DNA of 64,000 bases from Candidatus Heimdallarchaeum aukensis (lineage in GTDB: Archaea; Asgardarchaeota; Heimdallarchaeia; Heimdallarchaeales; Heimdallarchaeaceae): the NCBI GenBank assembly GCA_021513695.1, contig CP084166.1, positions 1,312,001-1,376,000 on the forward strand, read 5' to 3'. Below, piece after piece: positions 20,566 through 29,277 of this stretch (position 1 is the first letter of the stretch; each line of letters begins with the position of its first letter). A program made the translations under genes and the position numbers. The notes under the pieces are model-generated. The model saw nothing but the letters and a program-made list of their open reading frames with translations. It ran no database searches and was not told the origin of the DNA.

Positions 20566-22137
20566 ATGGCAATGAATTCATTAACTTTAAACATTTTAGG
20601 GTTAGTTATTTTATTTATATTTGTTTTTTCTGTTCTAGCAACAGTAGAAATATTAAAGATAAAACAACTTTTAGAAGGAAAAACATCAAGAAAAGTAATT
20701 CATATATTAGTAGGAAATGTGGTTATTGTTTTTCCATTTGTTTTCTCAAATTTATGGTTTGCTTTAGTGGGCCCATTATTCTTTGTACTTTTCACTTATT
20801 TAACATGTCCAGGAAGCCCTATTAAAAAATTCAGACTTAAAAGTGTTGAAGAGGGACACACTTATGGTACTGTTTTTTATGCAATATCTTTAACAATTCT
20901 TGTTGTTTTATTTTTTGAACCAGAACACTTCAATCAAAAAAATGTAATAATTTTTGCTTCTTTTCTTCCTTTGGTATGGGGAGATGGAATTAGTGCTGTT
21001 ATTGGATTAAAGTATGGTAAAAAGGGAGAATTTACGATATTCAAAGACAAAAAATCACTAATTGGAAGTTGGTCTCTTGCTATTTCTTCTTTGGTTGTAG
21101 TTACTATTATATTGACCTTTTTCCAGATTAATTTCTTTGTTTCTCTTTACATTGGATTACTTATAGCTTTTATCTCAACCATAATTGAAGTAGTTTCACC
21201 AAAAGGGTTAGATAACATCACAATTCCAGCAGTTAATGCTTTGGTTCTCTATTTAATGTTTAAATCGTTAAATAACAATTTTAATACTTTAGAGGAAAGG
21301 ATTTCAAAAACCACCATCCTTATCGCATTATGTTTATCTTTTGTCATAGCTGCAGCAAGTATTTCAGTAAAAGCACTAACGTGGGATGGAGCTCTAGCTG
21401 GATTCTTTTTTGGCATTGTCATTTTTGGATTAGGTGGGTGGAGTTGGGGCGCGATGTATTTTGCATTTTTCCTAATTGGGAGCTTAACCACATTCTTTAA
21501 GAAAAAGGAAAAAAGCGACATAACCAAGGAATTTGAAAAAGGATCAACAGCAAGAGATAGCATACAAGCTTCAGTGAATAGTTTTATTCCTGTAATTGCA
21601 GCTTTATTGAATTTAATTTTTCCTTCGCACTTTTTCACTGTTATAACTGCAGGAGCTTTAGCTACAAGTCTAAGTGATACTTTAGCTACTGAAATAGGTT
21701 CGCTATCCAAAAAAAACCCAAGAGAAGCAATTAGACCATGGAAAGAAGCAAAAAAAGGTTCTCCAGGAGCAATTTCAATATTAGGAACATCAGCTTCATT
21801 ATTGGGTGCAGGAATAATAGCAATAGCAGGATGGATAGGTAGTCTCTTTGAAAAAACTTCTTTATTCCAAAATAATACAGCCATATTACTTTTAATAATA
21901 ACATTTAGTGGTTTCATTGGAGCTTATTTTGATAGCGTTTTTGCAGAAACAGTTCAATGTCTGAATAAATGTTCAATCTGTGGAAAAATAACAGAAAAAA
22001 CTTATCATTGTGAAACAAAAACAGAGTATTTTAGAGGTATTAAATTCATAAAAAATGATTTGGTAAACCTACTAAGCATCACAGTAGGTTCAGTTCTCTC
22101 TATTACCTTCGTATTTCTTGTTGAGCTATTGTATTAG
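20566..22137 (+). CDS. fusion membrane protein: VTE5-like polyprenol (phytol/dolichol) kinase domain (CdsA/CTP_transf_1 superfamily) plus DUF92/VTE6-like polyprenyl-phosphate kinase domain plus C-terminal Zn ribbon
   Basis: N-terminal half VWGDGISAVIGLKYGKKGEFTIFKDKKSLIGSWS (CdsA-like FGK...K(S/T).EG motif); C-terminal half ATSLSDTLATEIGSLSKKNPREAIRPWKEAKKGSPGAISILGTSASLLGAGII (DUF92 pattern); terminal CLNKCSICGK...YHCETK. Confidence 0.55.
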   Translation: MAMNSLTLNILGLVILFIFVFSVLATVEILKIKQLLEGKTSRKVIHILVGNVVIVFPFVFSNLWFALVGPLFFVLFTYLTCPGSPIKKFRLKSVEEGHTYGTVFYAISLTILVVLFFEPEHFNQKNVIIFASFLPLVWGDGISAVIGLKYGKKGEFTIFKDKKSLIGSWSLAISSLVVVTIILTFFQINFFVSLYIGLLIAFISTIIEVVSPKGLDNITIPAVNALVLYLMFKSLNNNFNTLEERISKTTILIALCLSFVIAAASISVKALTWDGALAGFFFGIVIFGLGGWSWGAMYFAFFLIGSLTTFFKKKEKSDITKEFEKGSTARDSIQASVNSFIPVIAALLNLIFPSHFFTVITAGALATSLSDTLATEIGSLSKKNPREAIRPWKEAKKGSPGAISILGTSASLLGAGIIAIAGWIGSLFEKTSLFQNNTAILLLIITFSGFIGAYFDSVFAETVQCLNKCSICGKITEKTYHCETKTEYFRGIKFIKNDLVNLLSITVGSVLSITFVFLVELLY

Positions 22138-23410
22138 CAACTGTGAATTCTATTTCTTCTTTATCTGAAAGGCACTCAATACCTGGCAGCAGTTCTCCTT
22201 TCATTAAAGCTAAACTTGCACCTCCACCTGTAGATATAAAACTAATGTCATCTTGAAAACCAAATTTCTCAAAAGCTGCTGCAGAGTCTCCACCACAGAT
22301 AATAGAATAGATTTTATTTTCAATTAAAAAGCGTGCAATTTCTTTAGTACCATTCTCAAAGTCTTCTTTTTCAAAAACCCCTAGAGGTCCTTGCCATATA
22401 ACTTGTTTTGAGTTCTTAAGTACTTCTTTGAACATTTTAATTGTCTCACTGCCTATGTCTACTCCCATATGATTTTCTTGTATTGTTGTAATAGGAACTT
22501 CTTCAACATGTGTTGGATCATCTAACTCATCACAAACAACCACATCAACGGGCAAGTGAATTTTTGTTCCATTTAAGTTGGCTTCATGGAGATAATTCCG
22601 CACATCATCTAATTTAGATACATCTATTACTGATTTACCCACATTATATCCTTTAGCAGATAGAAAAGTGTAAGCCATTCCTCCCCCAATTATTATATTA
22701 TCAGCAACACCAATTAAATACTTAATCACATCAAGTTTATCTTTAACCTTCTTTCCACCTAAAATTACAGTAAATGGGCGTTTAGGGTTACTTAAAGCTT
22801 GGCTGAAAAATTTCAATTCTTTCTCAACCAAAAATCCATACCCTGCTTCCTCAAAGTATGCAGCTACACCATAAGTAGATGCGTGTTTTCGATGAGATGT
22901 GGCAAAAGCATCATTAATGTAGACATCAGCTAACTTTGCTAGTTGTCTTGCAAATTCTGGGTCATTTGCTTTTTCACCAGGATGAAAACGAGGATTTTCT
23001 AACAACAATATTTCTCCAGGTTTAAGTTTTTTTACCATCGCTTCAACTTCAGGCCCAATACAGTCTTTTGCCCTATAAACTGTCGTAAGTGGAAAGAATT
23101 CTTTTAATCTTTTATATATGGGAAGTAAATTGTAACGTTCATCTCTTTCTCCCCCTGGTCTTCCTAAGTGTGACAAAACTATAATTTTACAGTTTTCATT
23201 ATGAAGATAGAATAGAGTTGGTAATGTAAATCGAATTCTTCTTGCATCTGTTATTTGCCTGTAATCATTCAACGGTACGTTAAAATCAACTCTTACAAGA
23301 ACTGTTTTATTTCTTAAATCAATATCTGTTATAGATTTCTTCTGCTTAAATTTCAGAATATTTTTCATTTTTTCTACAGTTTCTGCGTCTAAGTGATTGT
23401 TATAGTTCAT
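22103..23410 (-). CDS. pgk: phosphoglycerate kinase
   Basis: TVLVRVDFNVPL N-terminal motif, overall PGK architecture; short N-terminal extension (the true start may be the internal Met at MKNILKF). Confidence 0.85.
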   Translation of the reverse strand: MNYNNHLDAETVEKMKNILKFKQKKSITDIDLRNKTVLVRVDFNVPLNDYRQITDARRIRFTLPTLFYLHNENCKIIVLSHLGRPGGERDERYNLLPIYKRLKEFFPLTTVYRAKDCIGPEVEAMVKKLKPGEILLLENPRFHPGEKANDPEFARQLAKLADVYINDAFATSHRKHASTYGVAAYFEEAGYGFLVEKELKFFSQALSNPKRPFTVILGGKKVKDKLDVIKYLIGVADNIIIGGGMAYTFLSAKGYNVGKSVIDVSKLDDVRNYLHEANLNGTKIHLPVDVVVCDELDDPTHVEEVPITTIQENHMGVDIGSETIKMFKEVLKNSKQVIWQGPLGVFEKEDFENGTKEIARFLIENKIYSIICGGDSAAAFEKFGFQDDISFISTGGGASLALMKGELLPGIECLSDKEEIEFTVANTIAQQEIRR

Positions 23411-23436
23411 GCAGTTAACCCCAATACAGATAATGA

Positions 23437-23461
23437 ATCAATACGTATTATCAATACGTAT
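23437..23461. promoter_or_regulatory. two direct copies of ATCAATACGTAT (each holding the 8-bp palindrome ATACGTAT), 13 bp apart, in the divergent pgk/GNAT promoter region
   Basis: read directly at 23437-23448 and 23450-23461. Confidence 0.4.
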
Positions 23462-23601
23462 AACCCATAACGGAAACAAATATAGCATAGTATTAAAATA
23501 TTCCCCTTCCATCATGTGTGATAATTTTAAAAGAAAATAACTTTTTCAATTAAGAGAAAAACAGCAAAAAATATTAAGTACAAAACTTATTTTCTCTGTG
23601 A

Positions 23602-24099
23602 ATGGACCACATTAAACAAGAATTAAAATATAATGTTAGTGAAGCAACTTTGAAAGATATCCCAAAGATTGTACTTCTATGGGGAGAAGCAATAAATTGG
23701 CATGCTAGTTTAGATCAGTCGTTTATTTTACAAGAAAATGGAGAAGAAAAATATGCAAGTTTCTTAAGAGAAGCAATATTTTCAGAAAAGCAAACGATAC
23801 TTAAAGCAGAAAAAGACAACAAAGAGGTTTTAGGATTTATCTTTGGTTACATTAGTGATAAAAGCATGTTTTTTAGAAGGAAGATTACAGCTCATATTAG
23901 TGACATTGTAGTTCATAAGGATTACAGAAACAAGGGAATAGGAACAACACTAATGGAAACTTTTGAAAAAGGGTTTGCAAAAAAGCATAATGCTTCCTCA
24001 ATTACCCTTTATGTTCATCCATTAAATGAAATAGCGTTAAAGTTTTACAAAAAATTAAAATTTAAAGAACAATTGAGATTACTAATAAAGGAAATTTGA
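23602..24099 (+). CDS. GNAT-family N-acetyltransferase
   Basis: acetyl-CoA binding motif RNKGIGTTLME. Confidence 0.7.
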   Translation: MDHIKQELKYNVSEATLKDIPKIVLLWGEAINWHASLDQSFILQENGEEKYASFLREAIFSEKQTILKAEKDNKEVLGFIFGYISDKSMFFRRKITAHISDIVVHKDYRNKGIGTTLMETFEKGFAKKHNASSITLYVHPLNEIALKFYKKLKFKEQLRLLIKEI

Positions 24100-24119
24100 A
24101 GTGAGCGAAATGTTGAAAT

Positions 24120-24542
24120 TTAAATTAAGACACCTATAGAAAAATTTGAAGAAGGATAGTAATTTTCATCATTTTTTTTGAGAATAAAGCCCATTCCTGT
24201 ACCAACAGAAGTAGAAAAAACACCCATTTTGCCATTTTGTACTTGCAATATGACTTCTACTTTTCTTTGTGGAAAAACTGTTTTTTCTAAAAGAAAGGAA
24301 ATTTCACCTTCTTTGGTATTAGTAAATTCTTTTTCGATTACTGGATTTTCATCAATCAATAGGCTTAGTTGTGCTTTTAAGTTCCCTTCTAAATTTGAAA
24401 TTTTAGCGACAACGCCTTTAATTCCTGTATCTCTAAAGAGAATACTTGCAAACATTTGCTTTATTGAAGATATATCATCCCCTAACCATAGAACTTTAAA
24501 TGATGGGGATGATATATCATATCCCCATATTGGTTCAGTCAT
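24120..24542 (-). CDS. hypothetical protein (preferred over the antisense ORF 24178-24573)
   Basis: 140 aa, co-oriented and 5 nt downstream of the upstream secreted-protein gene; composition more protein-like than the antisense ORF. Confidence 0.35.
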   Translation of the reverse strand: MTEPIWGYDISSPSFKVLWLGDDISSIKQMFASILFRDTGIKGVVAKISNLEGNLKAQLSLLIDENPVIEKEFTNTKEGEISFLLEKTVFPQRKVEVILQVQNGKMGVFSTSVGTGMGFILKKNDENYYPSSNFSIGVLI

Positions 24543-24546
24543 TCAA

Positions 24547-25509
24547 TCACCTTTTCTTTTGTTTTATATATAAAGCAATAATTGCAACCACGGATAACGG
24601 ACCAATAATTATTAGAAAGATGACCGGTAGGCTTGTAGTCTTGTAAAAGTAATTAAGTAAATTGTTTACAAATAGTTTTCCTTGTATGGGACTACCGTGT
24701 TCTCCCTCTTCTCCATACATATTTTTATATGTACTGAATAGTACTTCTCCAGAAACAATAAGATGTGATTCTCCAAAGTCTTCGTATACTACAGCGGGAT
24801 AATTTCCTTTTTCATCTAGAGAGATGTAGAAATCACTTTCAGTGTTACTATAATCTTGATCTAACATTTCAGCAGACTCATTATAAGAGAACAGGACTTC
24901 TATTCCTTCAATTGTTTGTGTTCGTAAATCGACAAAATTTCCATTTTCCATTCCATATACAGCTGTTGGGCCATGAAGTAATAGCCTTTCTACTCCTTCA
25001 TTTACAACAGAACCGATATCTCCTGTTCCAGGATTGGTTGCAATAACACGGTATCCTGTACCGTCATTAGAGTATAGGTCAGAAACTGCACCAGAATCTA
25101 ATCTCAATTTAGAATCAATGTATTCTAGTAATGGATTAATGGACTTATGTGAGATAAATTGACCTGCATAATCAGAGTCCCCTGCTATCCATAGCAATTT
25201 ATCAGGATTTGAAAACCATGTTTTAATAACATTCATTTCATCCGAAGTGTAGTTTATTCTAGAAGCAGGAATTAGTAACATATCATAATCGTTAATATTC
25301 GTGAAATTTTCGATTTCATCGACAATATTACCACTTTCTAAGTAATCAGTTTTAAAAAGATCATAGGTTATATGCATAGGAGAGTGGCCAATGTCAATAG
25401 CTATCTTCTTTTTAGATAACCTAATTTCTGAAGCTTGTACTAAAACCACAAAAGAAATTTGTTCAGTGACTAAAAATAATAAAAATAAAGTTGTTAATAT
25501 TTTTTTCAT
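24547..25509 (-). CDS. secreted protein of unknown function, paralogue A (signal peptide; C-terminal TM plus basic tail)
   Basis: shares blocks with 25687-26676: IDIGHSPMH, WF..GDSDY.G.F, RLDS...SD...NDG..YRV.A..PGTGD, GNYPAVV...G.S.L...GE..F..YK.MY, FVNNL.NYF. Confidence 0.6.
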   Translation of the reverse strand: MKKILTTLFLLFLVTEQISFVVLVQASEIRLSKKKIAIDIGHSPMHITYDLFKTDYLESGNIVDEIENFTNINDYDMLLIPASRINYTSDEMNVIKTWFSNPDKLLWIAGDSDYAGQFISHKSINPLLEYIDSKLRLDSGAVSDLYSNDGTGYRVIATNPGTGDIGSVVNEGVERLLLHGPTAVYGMENGNFVDLRTQTIEGIEVLFSYNESAEMLDQDYSNTESDFYISLDEKGNYPAVVYEDFGESHLIVSGEVLFSTYKNMYGEEGEHGSPIQGKLFVNNLLNYFYKTTSLPVIFLIIIGPLSVVAIIALYIKQKKR

Positions 25510-25686
25510 AGGAGGAAAAGAACTATTTTTTTAAAAAAGTTTATGTTTAGTCTTGTTATGAGGATTTACACATCTAAAAGAATAATGTCGATGTATAAAT
25601 ATTTTAAAACTTATTATATTCTATGAGAAATATTTAATTATTGGAATATTATAACATATTCAGCACAATCGTGCGGTGAAAAAAAG

Positions 25687-26676
25687 ATGAAAAAAACAAT
25701 TGTAGGCCTACTTCTAATAGTGACAATTTTAGCCACTGTCCCTTCAACTTTTGCTTATGACACATCAATCAAAGTAAAAAATAAAACAATCATGATTGAT
25801 GTAAGTCATGGAGCATATCATACATCAGTTGAAAATTTCAAGGGAAATCTTACTGAAGCAAAGAATACAGTAGTAATGCTAGAGAGCGATCTCTTGACTA
25901 ACTTTACTGCTGAAGCTGATGCTCTGTTCATGTCAGGACCAGACGAAATGTATACTGGTGAAGAAACCGAAAAGATCAAGGATTGGTTCAACCAAGGAGG
26001 AAAATTCCTCTTCATTGGTGGAGATTCTGACTACGGTGGTTACTTCTCTCCAGTAGCTATAAACAACCTTCTAAGAAACTTAGGAGCTAACATTAGATTA
26101 GACAGTACATCAATCAGTGATGAAAATAACAACGACGGAGCATCATACAGAGTTGCAGCTACTCAACCAGGTACTGGTGATGTTGCTACAAAGGTAACAG
26201 AAGGTATGGAAGCTGGTTTCATTCTTCATGGACCATGTTCTATACTTGGAATCAACACTTCAACAGCAGTTCCTGAATATCTTGACCTAAGAACTGCAAC
26301 ACTTCCTAATGTTGAAGTTTTATACAAATATTCAGCAGATGCTGTATCAAGTGACAGTGACGTTAGTGGATTGCCAACTGACTTATATGCAGAGTCTGAC
26401 ACAACTGGAAACTATCCAGCTGTAGTCTTAGAAACAATTGGCAATTCATACTTAGTATTAGCTGGTGAAGCCATCTTCACTGACTATAAGTCTATGTATG
26501 ATCAATTCACTGAAACTGGAGAATATAATGGCGGAGTAACCTATGGACAAATGTTCGTTAATAACCTAATTAACTACTTCCTAGGTGAAGCTCAAGCTCC
26601 ATTACCAATTGCTCCAGTTGTTGCTGCCTTAGCTTTATTTGGTGGCGCATTAGTCATTGTTAGAAGAAGAAAGTAA
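25687..26676 (+). CDS. secreted protein of unknown function, paralogue B (signal peptide; C-terminal TM plus RRRK tail), divergently transcribed from paralogue A
   Basis: same conserved blocks as 24547-25509; C-terminus APVVAALALFGGALVIVRRRK. Confidence 0.6.
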   Translation: MKKTIVGLLLIVTILATVPSTFAYDTSIKVKNKTIMIDVSHGAYHTSVENFKGNLTEAKNTVVMLESDLLTNFTAEADALFMSGPDEMYTGEETEKIKDWFNQGGKFLFIGGDSDYGGYFSPVAINNLLRNLGANIRLDSTSISDENNNDGASYRVAATQPGTGDVATKVTEGMEAGFILHGPCSILGINTSTAVPEYLDLRTATLPNVEVLYKYSADAVSSDSDVSGLPTDLYAESDTTGNYPAVVLETIGNSYLVLAGEAIFTDYKSMYDQFTETGEYNGGVTYGQMFVNNLINYFLGEAQAPLPIAPVVAALALFGGALVIVRRRK

Positions 26677-26837
26677 ATAAAGTTTTAACTTTATTTTATT
26701 TTTTTATTTTTTTATTTTGTTTCTAAGATTCATTTTTTATGTCTTAACTTATCATAATTTTTTAAAGCAGAATCTTCCAATAGTACATAAATTTATTAGG
26801 GCTACTTCATTATAAATACAAGGACTCTGGGATAATA

Positions 26838-28445
26838 ATGAATACATTTGGGTTAATTATTAATTATTTAAGGAAAGGAAGACTATTTTCTGTCTCTCCA
26901 AATACCGTTTTATTACCAAATGATATTTTATTATTATCCATTAGGAGTAATATTCAACATTTATATTTTCAAGAATGGCTAAAGGACGAACAACTAGTTG
27001 TGAATATTATTTCACCAATTGGTACAATTGTTGATAGTTTAGATATAGATCTAAAGTATACTGGATTAGAAGAATTTTATTCTTTTGAAATATCGAATAA
27101 TCTATATTCTGGTGTTTATATTTTATCAATTCAAGGGAAAAACACAGAAATTAAAAGAAAAATCACAATAAAAACAAACAGGAAATTAGTTAATCATTAT
27201 ATTCTTACTTATGGAGCTAAAATTACTAACACTAGTGAAGAAAATCTTACCGGGTTTATTGCTGATATTGTAATTCCACCAAATATAGGACAATTTCAGG
27301 AAGTTCAAAAAATTAAATTCAATATTAATCCTGTTGAAAAAAAGTGTGACATTGATGGAAACTGTTGGGCAAGGTTTCATTTTCCTATAGTCTATCCAAA
27401 TGAAGATATTATTTTAGAATACAAAGCCCTTGTTACCACTAAAATTATAGGTTATGATGTTACTCGCATAAAAACAATTAGAGAATTAGAAGAAGTAAAC
27501 TATGAATTTTTTGAGAGATATACTAGAAATGAACCCTTTATTGAAAGTGATGACATTTTAATTAAGAAAGTCACACGGTCATTAAAATCAGAAAATCCAA
27601 TAGACAAGGCCATCAATATTCTAAATTACATTCAAAAAAACATTAATTACCAACATGAACTAGGTGACTTTGGAGCAAAATATGCCATAAGAGCAAAAAG
27701 GGGAGATTGTACAGAATTTGCAAGCTTATTCGTTGGAATGTGTAGAGCAGCTAAAATACCAGCTAGACTTGCAACTAGCTTAATAAAAGAAGACGGTTTA
27801 AGATGGGAAAAACATTCGTATGCAGAGTTTTTCGCAAAAGGTATTTGGTGGCAAATAGATCCGACACTAAACACAGATAAGCAATATTTAACAAGAAATC
27901 CAGAGAATATTGTCCTATTAAGAGGAAACTCATTAGCTAAAACTCATATTAAAGAAATAAGGTATTTTCATTCAGATCTAAAAAGGAAAAAAGTAAATGT
28001 CCAAATTTATTGGAAGGTTGAAGAAGTAAAAACTTTCAGTCAAAATAATGAAAAGAGAGGTCATGTTTGGGATAACCAAAATAATTCAAATACGCGATTA
28101 AATACACAAAGAAAAGACATTGTTCAAGATGCTAATAAAAGTTTTATCTCAATAAACGTTCCTACTTTACCTGAAGTTTCTACAGGGTCAATTTATAAAG
28201 TACCTGTAAGATTGATTAATAATTCCACATCAGAAGTATCAGGAACACTAGTTGTTTCTATAAATCGCGGAGGTATCTTCATTAGTCAGCTCTATCAGAG
28301 AACAATAAAAGCTAAATCAAACACTGGTATTGTTGTTGACATTCCCGCACAAAGCTATTTTGGTCCAGCAATGATTGAATTTAGTTTTCAAGATAACACT
28401 GGTTTTGTATTCTGTAAATCAGAAAAGAAGATTCAATTTCAATAA
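26838..28445 (+). CDS. transglutaminase-like (Cys-His-Asp) domain protein
   Basis: core motif RGDCTEFASLFVGMCRAAKIPARLATS followed by downstream His and Asp (YAEFFAKGIWWQIDPT). Confidence 0.7.
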   Translation: MNTFGLIINYLRKGRLFSVSPNTVLLPNDILLLSIRSNIQHLYFQEWLKDEQLVVNIISPIGTIVDSLDIDLKYTGLEEFYSFEISNNLYSGVYILSIQGKNTEIKRKITIKTNRKLVNHYILTYGAKITNTSEENLTGFIADIVIPPNIGQFQEVQKIKFNINPVEKKCDIDGNCWARFHFPIVYPNEDIILEYKALVTTKIIGYDVTRIKTIRELEEVNYEFFERYTRNEPFIESDDILIKKVTRSLKSENPIDKAINILNYIQKNINYQHELGDFGAKYAIRAKRGDCTEFASLFVGMCRAAKIPARLATSLIKEDGLRWEKHSYAEFFAKGIWWQIDPTLNTDKQYLTRNPENIVLLRGNSLAKTHIKEIRYFHSDLKRKKVNVQIYWKVEEVKTFSQNNEKRGHVWDNQNNSNTRLNTQRKDIVQDANKSFISINVPTLPEVSTGSIYKVPVRLINNSTSEVSGTLVVSINRGGIFISQLYQRTIKAKSNTGIVVDIPAQSYFGPAMIEFSFQDNTGFVFCKSEKKIQFQ

Positions 28446-28537
28446 AAAGATTTAGAGCCTTATCAATTAATCAATACTGTTTTTATTTTTACTCTAAACA
28501 ATTATCTCATTCCAACATAAGGAATACAGAGGAAAAT

Positions 28538-29248
28538 CTATTGGTTTAAAAAATAAATTATTACACTAATCGATAATGGAATATAAAGATTATCAAATAA
28601 GTTTTTACAAATAAATTCTAAGACAGTAGCGAATATTGCTAATAGAAAGATAATAAGAAAGTTCTCAATAATACTGATTTTGTACATATAATAAGTAATT
28701 GTTAAAGCTGTAAGAGAACCCAGAAAAACAGCAAATGAGCCTTCTAAGGTTTTTGGATAGTTTCTAATGACTTTGGATTTTCCGAAAGATCGACCCACAA
28801 GTTCTCCCATTCCATCGCCAAGAGATAAGACAAATATTCCTCCCACAAAAGCGAAAGGAGAATCAAGAGTTATGAAAAAAACGTAAATTAGCATTAAAGC
28901 AGTCAGAATAATATTTATACCTAATTCTTTTTTTGGTTCATCGATTCTATGATCTTTTGAAATAAAGAAATCAAATAATTTTATTGACGGAATTATTGAC
29001 AAAATACCCACAATCAGAACAGAAATAAAAAAGATTGCTAAAATGTCATAAAAATTAGTGTTTAGAGCTCTTAAAATTCCAATATAAAGGAGAAAGGACA
29101 TATGATCAAGTTTCCTTTTTCTCCAAGAGCAGAGCTTGGTTTTTGAAAGTAAAAAAGAAGCTAAAAAAAGAAAAGCAAGTCCTAGTACTGATAGAAAAAT
29201 TGACACCCAATTCATTTCTTTGTAATCGAAAATCATTATCAGGTTCAT
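28538..29248 (-). CDS. CdsA/CarS/dolichol-kinase-family membrane protein (CTP-dependent polyprenol kinase-like)
   Basis: SLGDGMGELVGRSFGKSKVIRNYPKTLEGSFAVFLGS matches the CdsA-type C-terminal motif; 6-7 TM helices. Confidence 0.55.
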   Translation of the reverse strand: MNLIMIFDYKEMNWVSIFLSVLGLAFLFLASFLLSKTKLCSWRKRKLDHMSFLLYIGILRALNTNFYDILAIFFISVLIVGILSIIPSIKLFDFFISKDHRIDEPKKELGINIILTALMLIYVFFITLDSPFAFVGGIFVLSLGDGMGELVGRSFGKSKVIRNYPKTLEGSFAVFLGSLTALTITYYMYKISIIENFLIIFLLAIFATVLEFICKNLFDNLYIPLSISVIIYFLNQ

Positions 29249-29277
29249 TTTATCGCCTAAATAAGTAAATAGGGGGA

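Noticed and set aside
21249-21917. 222-aa ORF antisense to the 523-aa membrane-protein gene
   Set aside because: Lies entirely inside a well-supported CDS on the other strand. Its composition (Pro/Ala-rich mirror of the hydrophobic helices) is typical of antisense artefacts. It has no motif.
24178-24573. 131-aa plus-strand ORF overlapping the 140-aa minus-strand ORF
   Set aside because: Cys/Ser/Phe-rich low-complexity translation. The minus-strand ORF is co-oriented and tightly spaced with the upstream gene, and is more protein-like, so it was chosen instead. Neither is strongly supported.
26677-26837. AT-rich tract with short T/A-run repeats (tttatttttttatttttttattttg) after paralogue B
   Set aside because: Consistent with an intrinsic-style oligo-T terminator region plus the downstream promoter in a 30%-GC genome. 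It has no higher-order repeat structure, and no CRISPR-like regular spacing is seen anywhere in the window.
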